64,000 nt of DNA, taken from contig JANJGN010000036.1 of assembly GCA_026770705.1 (NCBI GenBank), positions 2,666,001-2,730,000 of the forward strand, given 5' to 3'. The notes below the pieces were generated by a model. It ran no database searches, was not told where the DNA came from, and was given only the letters and a program-made list of their open reading frames with translations. The stretch comes from Isurus oxyrinchus (lineage: Eukaryota). Made by a program: the position numbers and the translations under genes. Shown piece by piece: positions 12,092 through 23,898 of this stretch; within the stretch, counting starts at the first letter, position 1; each line of letters begins with the position of its first letter.

Positions 12092-15000
12092 CTGTTAAAC
12101 ACATTTAACATTGATGTTCAAAAATACTTTGAGAAGACGCGTCAGATTATCTCGGCACGCAATCGCATTTCATAAAATCATAATCGCATTTCATAAAATC
12201 ATAGAATGATACTTCACAGGAGGAGGCCATTCGGCCCATTCTGTCCCTTCTGGGCTTTTTGAAAACGCCATCCAATTAGTCCTACTGTACCCTTCTCTGA
12301 CCCCTTACCCCAACTATTTCCTGCCCTTCAAGTCTTCATTCTTGAAGTTACTTTTGATTCTGCTTTCATTGCAGTCTGTATCGATTTGACATTTTTGTCA
12401 AGAATTGCCTGAATAAAAGTTTTGTAACAGGTAAGCAAAATTCGGAAAGCAATTAACACAAAATTCACCAAAGTTTATTCAGAAAACTGGAATGGTGACG
12501 CTATTGATTTGAATGGATTACTCTGCTGTTCACTGGCCAGTTCGGTTATCGTGTTTCGCCATGCGTCTTGTATAAATAGAATCGTGAACAATATCAAAAT
12601 AATTTCGTTTATATCGTTCCTCTCACGTCTTCAGGAGGGCACAGAGCACTCAAAGGCACTTCTCAGAAACGTAGTTGCTGTTCGTCGTTTATGATATGCG
12701 GCAGCCATCTTGGGCATAGCATGATCCTTTAAAAAGGATTTTGATAATGGCCCAGATGACTCATTTTTTGAGATTTTGGTTGAGGGGTTAAATATCAAAC
12801 AGGACACAGGCGAGAACCACGCCCTGCTCCTTCTCCAACAGCGCTGGCGACATCTTTCAGCCAACCTAAGGGCGCAGCCGGAATTCCGTTTAAAGTTTCA
12901 CCTGAAAACAGCATCTTTAAATTGCAATACTCCCTCAGCCCTGCACTTCAATGTCAGTCTCGACTAATTGCTCAAGTCTCTGGAGTGAGGCCTCCTGGAC
13001 TAAGAGGTGTGTATGGGGATTTGGGATGGTGGGTGGGAGAGAGAATACATGAATACCCATTGCGTCAAGGCTCACAGTCACGCTCAGTCTCACAATCAAA
13101 CGCACACACAGAGTAGCACACTCATATTCTCCAGAACGTATTACTTCTCTGTCAACTTACTACCCTGGGTTTGGCCTTATCTTCACTCTAGTTCCAGTGG
13201 CTAAGATATTTTGAACAAACACTATGGGGTGGACGATGGAGGAAGGAGGACCGTGCAGGAGGGGATCTAGAATCACCATGGGAATAAGCAAGGTTTATAT
13301 AAAATCTCAGACAGCAGGACATCCGGAAGATAAACTGCAGGGTATCAGTAATACAGACATAACAGACATTCTACCAGGAACATGAGCATATCCTTCACAT
13401 TATCAGATGGAGAGAGGGCGGGTGGAATTGTAATGATTGCAGTTAGAGGGAAAGGAATTGTGACACAATTTCAGCTGCTCGAGACTGTGACCTGCCCTCT
13501 GTTATCCATGTTAATATCCGGCATGGGGCGCCATGGACTTCTCCCAAAACTCATGTTTTCCTGCATATTATTACAACAGTTTCAATGCTCTCACCTGTAT
13601 TGCACCCTGATGTGTCCGGTTCGCCGCTGTTTGACGGTATTCACCTGTGTGTTAATGGTTAGGATATGATTTGAAATGTCACCGAAGTCAACAAAGTCTA
13701 TAGTTACTTACAAAGGATTGCATGCCAATGACCACGAATGCACCAATGGCTCCAATACATCAATGGGCCACAAACGACAATGGGCCCCCAAACTGCGAAA
13801 ACTCATCAATATGCCATTTGTTCCTAAAACTTCAATGGAGCCCAATTCGACAATGGTGGATAAGCACTCCTAACACCAGTGTCTGTCGTCTATTGTCTAT
13901 TTGGTATATTACTGCCAATATTAAGAAGCAGTAAATCGCCCTTTTATGAGACCAACAGATATTTCAATAACAAAGAGGGGGAAGTTCTGGACATAATATT
14001 GGAACTGAGTCAGGGCAGGTGGAAGGCGTATCAATAGAGGGACATTTTGGCGATAGTGAACATAGCTCAGTTAGATTTAGAATAGTTATGGAAAAGGATA
14101 AATTTGGGCCGGGAGTTCTAAACTTGGGAAAGGCATATTTTACTAAGATGAAATACGATTTGGCCCAAGTGCATTGGGAGCAGTTACTTGCAGATAAAAC
14201 TGTGTCAGAGCAGCGGGAGACCTTTAAGGAGGAAATAGCGATAAAACAGGGCAACTATGTTCTAGTGAAGGCAAGGGGTTGGGGGTGCAAGGGGCAAGTG
14301 CTGAAAACCCTGGATGTCAAGGGGCATAAAGGTTAGGATTAAGGCAAAAAATGACGCTTATGGCAAATACCAAGGACTCGATACGGCAGTGTCCATAGAG
14401 GAGTGTAAAAGGTGCAGGGGGGAACTTTAAAATGAAATTAGGAAAGCTAAGAGAGTGCATGAGAAAGCATTTGTGCGTAGAATAAAGGAAAACTCAAAGG
14501 GGTTTGTTTTTTTAAATATATAAAGAGCAAGAGAATTACTAGGGGAAGAATAGGGCCAATTATGGACCACAGAGGTAATCTATGTGTGGGACCGGAAGAC
14601 GTGGGTGCAGTCCTCAGTGAATACTTTGCTTCGGTCTTCACAATGGGAAAGGACAACACAGGTATAGACATCAAGGTGGAGGACTGTGAAATATCTGAGG
14701 AAATTAACATATACTGACAGGCGGTACTAATGGCCATAAAACAGGATTAATCCGTTGGCCCCAATGAGACGCATCCTAGGCTGCTGAGGGAGACAAGGGA
14801 AGAGGTATCAAAGACCCTGGCAGTAATTTTCAAATCCGCCCTGGGCACAGGCGAGGTTCTCACTTTGTCCCATTATTAATAAAGGGAGAATAAAATTGGA
14901 CAAGGGAATTACAGGCCAGTCAGTCTAACCTCAGTGATGATGAAACAACGAGAAATAATTCTGATGGGTGGAATATACTTGCACTTGTAGAAACACTGAT

Positions 15001-18000
15001 TAATAAGGGATAGTCAGCATGGTTTTGTTCAGGAGCTTGGCGTACATATCCACAGATAACCGAAGGCAGCCGGGCAGATAGATAAGGTGGTTAAGAAGAT
15101 ATATGACATGCCTTTAATAGCTGAGTTGTAGAATACAAGAGCAGGGAGGGTTTGGTGGAACTGTTTAAAGCGCTGGTTCGACCACAACTGGAGTGCTGGG
15201 TGCAGTTCTGGCCCCCACATTATATGAAGGATGTGATTGCACGGGAGACGGCGCAGAGGAGATTTACCAGGGTGCTGCCCGGACTTGAGAGTCTGAGCTT
15301 GAGGGAAGATTGGATAGGCTGTGGTAGGTTTCCTTGAATCAGCGAAGATTGAGAAGGGAACATGTCGAGGTCTATAAGGTTATGAGAGACATAGGTATGG
15401 TGGATAAGAAGGCACTTTTTCCATTAGTAGAAGGGCAATAACCAAGGGGCAAAGATTTACGTTAAGAGGTAGAAGACTAAGGGGGCCATTGAGGAGAAAT
15501 GGTTTCATCCTGACAGTGGTTGGAGTATACAACGCACTGCCTGAAAGTGTGGTTGAGTCAGCAATTCTAGTCACATTCAGATATTCATTTGCGTTACCAT
15601 AGCCTCCAGGGCTATAAGCCAAATGCTTGAAAATGGGATTAGTGTAGTCGGGTCTTTGTTGGTCGGCGCGGACACAATGGGCTGAAAGTCGTGCGTCTGT
15701 GCTGCAAACGTCTATGAGTCTATGAATTTATGAAAATGATCGTAGAAAATTCTGATTGTGGGAAAAGCACTCTGCAGACTGTAAGAACATATACACATAA
15801 TGCAACTGTTTCAAATCAACGAAATAGATGACAGTTATTCTCTGGTTATTTCCCCAGGGCAATATCGTGACCAATCACTTAACCTGGTTTGAATTTTAAC
15901 AATGCTTGGCAGTGAACTGTCAATGCACAGCTAACCTGTGCATTTCCATGCAGACACCTCTGCCAGTCACGAACCACATGCCAAACATTCTGTACTTTCT
16001 TCTCATGAAATGTAAATTGTCTCCCTTACATTTGGTATTCTTGAAATTTCTCCTAATGACTGAAAGTCCAAAAGCTTCGACATCATGCTCTTTATTTCGG
16101 CAATTTACCCATTTTGTCATTTAATCTCTTCCAACATGTCAGTGCAACTTACCTGATTGTCGTTGATTCGGCCTTTCGGTTTGCCTTTTCTCTCTCAAGC
16201 TAAAACTGGATACGGACAGAAATATCAAACACGTGTTAGGTCTTGTAAGTCCTGGCTCAGGCACCGGAAATAGTTAAGAGAATTGCCCAACGATTTAGAA
16301 TCTAACTTAAACAGTCATAGAACATTTCTGAATACGCTATTTGAATCGGTGTTGGGGTTGAACTAGGTTTGACACACTGTAAAATAGAAAAAGATTGTTG
16401 CTGATGAATTTTGCAAATGGTTCAGTTACTCACTTTTCATTGGCGGATTTCCTGCCTCGCTCTTCTGGAAGAAAAATGTGTAATTAGTTATTGAAAACTC
16501 CGAGAAGCGAATCACATTGGAGAAAAAATAAGTATTGACATGTCCCTTATAACCATTAATCCTCACCTGATCTGCTGTTTTTACGAATCCAAATGGAAAT
16601 AAGCACTGAGAGTAGAACCAGTACCAGCAGGATAGTTATTGCAACAGGAAGAGTCAGTTTGCACCAACCTACAGAGACAAAACATTCAGAAACTGCTGCT
16701 GGGTTAAATCATTCTTACCTGGGGCTCTCTGAAGGGAAACGTAATCCAGTTAAAAAGCTGGAGCCTCAATCTCGGGTGTGAAAGTAAATTTTAAAAAAGT
16801 CAGTGGGACTGAGAGCTGAGAGTGGATGCGCAGAATGGATTCAATGGCGCTGCATTTGCTAGTGGAGATGAAGTAACTAACAGCACGGCCAGGATTTTTC
16901 CACATGCTTAGTGTATCAGTATGTATGATGAAAAGCATCATACCAATGTCTTAGTTGAAAACTGAATCTTAGAATGATACGACAAAGAAGCAGTCTAACA
17001 GCATCTGTGGAGCGAAAGACAGTTAATGTTTCGAGTCCATATGACTCTTCTTCAGAGCCACGGACTCCAAGCGTTAACTCTGTCTTTCTCTCCACATATG
17101 CTGTCAGACCTGCTGAGTTTTTTTGCCAGCACTTTTTGTTTTTGTTTCAGATTTCGCAGTATGTTGCCTTTATTAAAGAAGCCGTCGAGTTGGCTCATCG
17201 TGCCTGACTTGGCTCTTTGAAATAGCAATCCAGTTATTCCTACTATCCCTGTTTTTTTCCCACATAACGTTCTGCATTTTCCCCATTAAGTATTTATCCG
17301 ATTCCCCTTTTGAAAATTCCTATTGAATCTGTTTCCACGGCCCTTTCAGGCAGCGCCTTCCAGGTCACAACCACTCGCTGTGTAAAACAAAAATCCACTC
17401 ATCTCCCCCATAGTTCTTTTGCTGATTCTCTTCGATGTGCATACCAATGGTTACCAAATCTCCTGCCACTGGAAACAGTTTCTCCTTATTTACTCCATCA
17501 AAGGCACTCATGATTCTGAATGCCTCGAATAAAAATCCTCTTAACCTCCTCCGCTCTAAGGAGAAAAATCCCAGCTTCTCCAATCCCTCCACGTTAACTG
17601 ACGCTAATTCTGATTAGAGGTCCCATTCTGGTCAATCTCCCTTGCATCCTCTACAAGGCCTTGACATGCTTCCAAACGAATAGTGCGCAGAACTGAGGAC
17701 AATGCTACAAACTTGGCCAGCCGGAGGCTTATGAATTTTAAGCCTAACTTCCTTATTTTTAGTCTCGATTCCGCAATTAATAAGATCAAGAATTCCACGC
17801 CTTTCAACGGCCATTTCAGTTTATCCTTCCACCTCCAAGCTTTTATGGTATCAGAGAATGATTACAGCAAAGAAGGAGGCCATTCAGCTCATCGTGTCTG
17901 TGCAGGGTCTCTGCAAGAACAACTCATAGAACTCCGCTTCCCTGCTTTTCCGTGTCATCTTGCATTTTGTTTTCCTTTTGAGGTAATTCTCCAATTTTCT

Positions 18001-20408
18001 TTTGAGGGCAACGATTGAATCTGCCTCTACTACAGTCCCAGGCATCACACTCCATATTTTAACCACCCGCTGCACAGAACGGTTAATCATCTTGTCGCCA
18101 TAACTCCTTTTTTCCAATCAGTTTAAATCGGTGCCCTTCGGTTCCCAATCGCCCCGCCAATAGGAACAGTTTCTTCCTAACGGAGCTGCCCAGAAACATT
18201 ATAATTTTGAGCACCTCTATCAAATCTCCTCTCAACCTTCTCTTCTCCAAGGAAAGCAGCCCCAGTTTCTCCAGTCCATCCAATTAATTGAAGTTCCTTA
18301 TCCCTGGAACCATTTTAGAGAACCTGCACTCTCTCTCCCTCTTCACCTTATTCCTAAAGTCCTGTACCCAGAACTAGACACAATAATTCAGCTGAGGCCA
18401 AACCAGAATGTTGTAGAGATTCATCATGTTTTCCCTTTCTTTTGGACTCCTTGCCGTATTTCTAAAGGCCAGGATCCTCTACGCTCTATGCGCGTCCCTG
18501 ACACGAGCAATGAATTGTACACCTGAACCCCGCATTCTGGTCGACATGTTTTACGTGTGATAAACTTGAGCTGGTTCGAACAATCCAAATTCAGTGAAAA
18601 TTCAGATCCTTGGCTAAATGTTACGTATGATTGCTGATATCATGGATTTAAATTAAAATAGGTTTTAAGAGGAATTTGGAGATGATAAATGAGGTTCCGG
18701 GGAGTAAAGGAAGAAACTGAATGAACGACAAGTCCCAGCAAACGTGCCCATTTTAAGGAACAAATCCGCTTCTTGGCTGTTGTTTGCTCGCAAATCGCAT
18801 GCAGTTCAGAACTGACCTCAGTCAGCCACATTACAAGACCCATTGCATGAAAAAGGCGATGCAAGCAGATTCAATCATGACTGTTAAAGGGGAAATCTAT
18901 GATTCTAAAGTCTCTGCAAAAATATTAAGAGGAACAAGAAAGCATATACAAGAACAAATTCTATTCTGGTCTGAGGAAGCAAATTATTTTAGCATAATTT
19001 AACAAATGAACGCGCGACACACACACAAACACACACAGAGACACACAGAGGCACACGCACACACACACACACACATAAACACAGAAAGACACGGAAGCAC
19101 AGAAAGACACACGCACACAGAACGACACACATTCAGCTTTAGATTCAGTTGGAGTGCCGACTGTGAAATGAATATGTCCAACAGATATCCCTACATATTT
19201 GTAGATTATCGCTTGGAGGCCTTCAGTTCACTTTCGGCGGGATCTTAGAAGCTAGACAATTAGTACAATTAAAACCAAGTTGAATAGAAACGCCATCGTA
19301 CAGATCACTAACTCACTTGCCCATGCCCTTGCTGCCTTGGAGACAATACGCTCCTTGTCCAGTTTTTGCTGAGACACCCCAGTTGAACAATGCAAGTACA
19401 GAGACCGCCACTGCTGCAGGTTTCCCTGGATACCATGACGTGAATTCTGATGCTGTAGGTCCCGTCCTTCTCCCTTGTACCTGGATCGCTCGGTCCCTCA
19501 GTGAGCAGGCCGGAAATATTCCAGAAAATAGCAATCTGGTTGGAAGAAACTCCACTGACCAAACACAACAAGGGGACGGTTCTCCTCAAATGTAGCTCAC
19601 CCGGCGGGTCGAACACCAGCACAGCCGTCTTGTTGGTGGAACTGTCTGGACAGAGATAGGGACACAGTTAACCGTTAATTTGCTCCAAATATTAATACTG
19701 TGCAGGATCTGAATTCATTTCACTTGCTCTCATACCTCCAACCAGTAGTGTCGCTCCATTCTGGAGCGGTGCATTGCTACGCATATGAGCACAGTAATAG
19801 GATCCCGAGTCATTCACCTGGACATTGCGAATTTCCAAAATCAATACATATTTGCTGTTGCCTTTTTCAGAAATAAACTTACAGTCGGCCCCCTGACAGG
19901 GAGGACTATCGATTAGTGTCGGTTCTTCACCCACCCGTTGTTTGTACCAGAAGTAGCTAGACACCAATTGCACTTCGTAAATGCAGTGACAGGTTAATTC
20001 CACCGTCTCTCCGACTTCTGCTGTCATTATGAAGGAGATCTGAGACATAGAGGGCTCGGATTCTGTAACTAGAGAGATTATTGTTACATTACCACTGATT
20101 ACTGAGAGATTCGAGGAATGCTCTTGGAACAACATCGTCCGTAATTTAAGTAGGACCTCGTTAGTTTCTTTAATTATTTTTGGCTGGTCTAATTCTACAA
20201 TTTGCCTTTTCTTCGCTTTATAGCAGAAAACAGAAAACAAACTCACATGCTCTGGTAAAATCCCTTCACCTAATCAACGGGTCACACTTTCAGCTTATTA
20301 AACACTGATTCTGACTGATTCCAATTTAAAATTCCCTCCCGCCTCTTGCTCACCATAAACCCGCAGCACTTGGAAAATGAGCATCAGAGATAAGGATTCC
20401 TTGGACAT
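12011..20408 (-). CDS. Family-B non-rearranging VJ-C1-TM receptor gene B1 (8 exons; one 1-nt deletion at the C1 3' end, giving either a soluble V-C1 product or a recent pseudogene)
   Basis: Exons 20354-20408, 19736-20068, 19317-19645, 16567-16668, 16434-16464, 16153-16199, 13595-13626, 12011-12091. All are GT-AG and phase-compatible (1,1,[1],1,2,1,0) except C1, which is 329 nt versus 330 nt in paralog B3. Confidence 0.8.
13595..16464 (-). CDS. B1 three small cytoplasmic exons (16434-16464, 16153-16199, 13595-13626)
   Basis: EERGRKSANE / NLREKRQTERPNQRQS / AANRTHQGAIQ. Lengths of 31, 47 and 32 nt chain phases 1>2>1>0 exactly into the terminal exon; homologous exons occur in B3. Confidence 0.78.
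13960..15725 (+). mobile_element. CR1-type LINE, 5'-truncated and internally deleted, in a B1 intron
   Basis: Broken ORF2 peptides (HFGDSEHSSVRFRIVMEKD; LVRPQLECWVQFWPPHYMKD...QRRFTR), a jump near 15030 that removes most of the RT core, and a TCTATGA-repeat tail. Absent from the matching B3 intron. Confidence 0.88.
16567..16668 (-). CDS. B1 transmembrane exon
   Basis: WCKLTLPVAITILLVLVLLSVLISIWIRKNSRS; 102 nt, phase 1-1, juxtamembrane Cys, uncharged TM. Confidence 0.85.
16996..17160. mobile_element. Penelope-type hairpin repeat fragment with hammerhead-like core
   Basis: Inverted repeat 16996-17040 versus 17061-17105; minus strand reads CTGAAGA-A-GAGTC-ATATG-GACTC-GAAAC. Confidence 0.5.
17170..18520 (-). 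mobile_element. Two tandem CR1-type LINE 3' fragments
   Basis: Minus-strand peptides LEKLGFFSLERRRLRG and LEKLGLLSLEKRRLRGDLIEVLKI, typical of the CR1 ORF2 C-terminus. Confidence 0.85.
19014..19132. repeat. Degenerate (CA)n microsatellite
   Basis: acacacaaacacacacagagacacacag... Confidence 0.85.
19317..19645 (-). CDS. B1 C1-set Ig domain exon
   Basis: AVLVFDPP...VPLLCLVSG...IFWNISG...DGTYSIR...LCTCIVQ; C1-set hallmarks (P-P, LxCLV, W, DGTY/F). Confidence 0.9.
19736..20068 (-). CDS. B1 V(J)-set Ig domain exon
   Basis: GETVELTC...FWYKQ...GEEP...LEIRNVQVNDSGSYYC...LQNGATLLVG; 333 nt, phase 1-1. A tandem acceptor at 20062 is also possible. The J-like G strand is in the same exon. Confidence 0.92.
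20354..20408 (-). CDS. B1 leader exon
   Basis: MSKESLSLMLIFQVLRVY + G|gtgag, 55 nt, phase 1; same length in B2 and B3. Confidence 0.8.
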
Positions 20409-20620
20409 CTTGACGCGGTGAGTTTTCCCTGTTTTCGCTCTTACCAGTTTTTATTGCAGGCGGAGTGGACGCAGACTGACCTGAGCTCAGCGCCAGTTAG
20501 TTGCTCCCGTTTTGATGCGGTGGAAACTGACGAGTTCTGCTGTGGAAAGTATGACACTATTTTGGGTGCGGTGCCCTGGTAAATGCCACATACATTTGTC
20601 ATATTGTGGTCACTGTCACA
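20409..20620 (-). promoter_or_regulatory. Conserved proximal promoter/5'UTR of family-B genes
   Basis: About 200 bp strongly conserved with 32940-33150 and 55939-56150. RUNX-type TGYGGT at 20516, 20567 and 20605; palindrome CTGAGCTCAG at 20481-20490. Confidence 0.5.
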
Positions 20621-21489
20621 GCGACCATTTGACTGGGTGTCTACAAAGAGTTTTAGTCGGTTGAGATGATGTCACTGAATTCTAACTGTGAGGTGCATGT
20701 TGAATATTGAAGTTAAAGTTCAATTCTTTCTTAGGATTCGTGTGTCTGTGCCTGGGACAGCAGGTATTAACCATCCTAAGGGCCGCTTGAGAAGCTGGCT
20801 GTGCTCCGCCTTCTTGAATAACTGCAGCCCATGTGGTGTATGTACGCCCAGTGCAGTAAATTGGCAGTAAATGAACGGCGATACAGTTCCAAAACAGGCT
20901 TCCGCGTGACTCGGAGGGGAACTTGCAGGTTGTGGTGTTCCCATCAGTCTGCTGCCTTTATCCTTCTGGGAGATAGAGGTTGTGGATGAGCAGGGCGAGC
21001 GCCGGAATTCAGAATGTGGTGCAATCGTGCTCAGTAAAATTCATTCTGTAAAGAGGTTGTACACGATTCATGATGCAGCCTGCTTAACACAGAGTCTGGA
21101 AAACATTGAATGACCGTCGCATTGAATGGACTGATTTGAAATTTATGGCGGCAGCCTCAGTGAGCTGCACCAGTATTTCCTGTGTGTAGATAGTACACAT
21201 TGCAATTTCTTTGAGCTGCTGCTTAAAGTAACGCTTCATTTGAGAATCGTAGTGGGTAATAAATTTTATTCATATGCCGCATTGCAGATACAGAAGCAAC
21301 TAGTGTCACGTCGATGAGGACAGTGTAAACGAGTTCAGTTGTGCATCAGCGACCTGTTCAGTTGCAGCAACCCTGGGCGGCAGACCCTGAAATGCCTGCG
21401 GTTTTACGCTAAATCCTTATCTTTAAATTTAGTTTTGCGCGCGATCCGGTTTCTATCATGCATTCTCATAAGGATCTGGTTTCATTAAA

Positions 21490-21780
21490 GCAGCTGATCG
21501 AGTGAGTATTCACACCCTCCTGTCCCTGATTACAGTACCTGAATTTAAGGTAGTTAATCAAAGGGGTGTGACTGTCTCCTGAAACACAGCGTCCAGGTAA
21601 CTCTCCCCCTCCCTGAGGTGTCGCAGTGTCCGAAGCTCAGACACCAGCTCATCAACTCTGAGCCAGAGTTCCTCGAGCAACCAATATTTGCTGCAGATGT
21701 GGTCACTAGGAATCACAAAGGGGTCCACCAGCTCTCAAATTATGCAGCTACAACACATCGCCTGGCCCTGCATCTCTAAT
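21490..21780 (-). mobile_element. CR1-type LINE ORF1 fragment
   Basis: Minus strand DHICSKYWLLEELWLRVDELVSELRTLRHLREGESYLDAVFQETVTP, a zinc-finger/leucine-zipper start typical of CR1 ORF1. Confidence 0.7.
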
Positions 21781-22129
21781 GTATTTTATTAATTTTTCAA
21801 TTTATTTTTCAGTTTCCTACCAGTCTTTAGTTTATCAACCTGTAAAATATTTCTCATATTTAACTTTCATCTAAAAGCAAATTAGAATAGAGACTCAAAA
21901 TACACTCTTTAAAACAACTGGAACTCCCTCTCTCGGTAGATTTGAATCTGACGCGTTAGGCCTCCGATCCTGGGCCCCAGCAGTCACCTTTAATCTGAAA
22001 TCAGTTTAAAATAGGTAGTTTAAACTAGCAGTTACTTGCCAACCAATGAACTTATGGTTTTCCCTGTGATGTCACTTTGATTTTTTACACTCAGCGACGG
22101 TGACTGCAGAGGACACTCTTCGCAGACTC

Positions 22130-22650
22130 ATTCGTCTCACTATCATTCTCTTGATCCGCATCTGTATTTCAGTAGTATTAAAACTGTGTTCTCTCTATCT
22201 CTCGCCACCATTTTCATTCTATCTCTTTCGCGCTATCTCGCTATGTTTGTCCCGTATATACAATGTTTTATAAGATGGCTGCTCTTTCTCTCTCTCTATT
22301 TCTGCCCTTTATAAACAGTGTCCTATATAACTCTCTACCATTCTCTCTCTGTGCCCCATTTAAACGGCGCGTCAAATGATCTTTGTTCTATCTCTTTCGC
22401 TATCATTCTCTTTTTACCTCTCTCTCTCACAATTTCTCTCTCTAAATGCATTGTTATCCTGTTTAAACACTGCTCTATAAGATCTCTGCTTTCTCTTGCC
22501 ACCATTTTCTCTCTCTATCACTTCTCCCTCTTTCTATTTCATTCTTTTTCTCTCTGTTTCAATGTTGTTCTATAAGATCCCCTTCTCTCTCTTGCTATCA
22601 ATGTCTCCATATTTCTCTCTGTCTTCTTCCCTCTCTCTATCTATTTCTAC
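22130..22650. repeat. CT-rich low-complexity tract (paralog of the A2 C1-TM intron)
   Basis: (TC)n/(TCTA)n-rich; same position relative to the TM exon as 37700-38680. Confidence 0.75.
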
Positions 22651-22822
22651 TTCAGGCCTGTTTGAATTCTGTTCTATAAGAACTTTGCTTTATTTCAGGG
22701 TGATGAAATATGCAAAAATATATTTTTGTTTCCTGGTGAACTCAAATATTGAGGTTTTCCAAATTTCACTTGCTTAATCGATTCCACGAACTTTTCTTTA
22801 AATGACAGGGTTTTCTTTGCAG

Positions 22823-23898
22823 ATTCTCCACTCCCCACCACCCGCAGTTTGCTGATTTCCGGGAGTCTGTCGGTGGCAGCGATTCTGCTGTTTGGGGATG
22901 ATTCTTGTGGCTGCAGAAGGAGCTGCAGGATCCGGCAGACAGGTGGCGATTGTTGCGAGAGTCTGTAACTCCGAGGCACTCTCAATCTATCCGTTTATCA
23001 AAGGGTTATTGACACTTTCAGCCAGTTCAGTGTGAAATGTAGCCCTTAAAGCTCCATTTAAATGTTGCTTCCCAAGAGGCGACATGAACATTGATGAGAA
23101 ACAGACAGTTTCCAGAGGACACGAACAGAATAAAGACTTTCAAAAATGGAAATGTTGCCAACACCCGTGGATACATCTCACTGATTTTTTATCTAAGGTT
23201 TAACATTCATAATTATTGTTATTTGTTTCTAGAAAACTTTGAGTAGCGAGCACTACAGGATAACAGAAACTGGACATCAGTTCCTCGAGTACAGAAGATT
23301 AAGTCGTGATCTAATCGAGGGGTTTAAGATGATTAAAGGATAGGATAGGGTCGATAGAGAGAAACTACCTCCTCAGGCAGAGGGAGTAGGAGGGGCAGGG
23401 GGCAGGTGTGTCGGGTAGGGGCGGTGGGCCGTCGAGTCCAAGGCGACAGAACTTTACAATTGGAACCAGAACGTTCAGGCGTGATGTCAGGAAGCTCCTC
23501 TCACACAAAAGCGTGTGGAAGGCTGGAACTCTCACCCCTCCCCACTCACGCCTCCCTCCCCCACCACCCCCCCGCCCCCCCTCCCCCCCCCCCCCCCCCC
23601 CCCCACCCCCAACCAAAAAAAAAAACTGTTGAGGCTGTGGCTTCAATTTGAAAAAAATCAAAACTGAGATTGATAGATGTTTTGGGGGTGAGGAGATTAA
23701 CGATTATGGAACCTAGGTGGGTCGATGGAAATTAAGATACTCACCGGACCTGATCTAATTGAATTGGCAGGAGGGTATGAATGGCCTCCCCCTATCCCAA
23801 TGATGATGGTGTTTGTTATGTTAATGGATTCGGTTTTTATCTTTTATCCACAGACACATTATGCCTGCTTGGCCTTTAAGAACGATCCCACACTCTGA
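22823..23898 (+). pseudogene. Family-A 3' remnant (A1): TM and cytoplasmic exons only
   Basis: TM exon 22823-22942 (DSPLPTTRSLLISGSLSVAAILL..., Cys>Arg, compensating indels); degenerate cyt exon near 23079-23136; terminal exon 23854-23898 THYACLAFKNDPTL*. No leader, V or C exon between here and the B1 leader. Confidence 0.85.

Noticed and set aside
19692-20246. 184-aa ORF N-terminal extension before the B1 V domain
   Set aside because: It is intronic sequence that is not open in B2 or B3; a proper leader exon exists at 20354-20408.
23365-23661. Gly/Pro-rich ORFs
   Set aside because: Poly-C tract within a LINE fragment.
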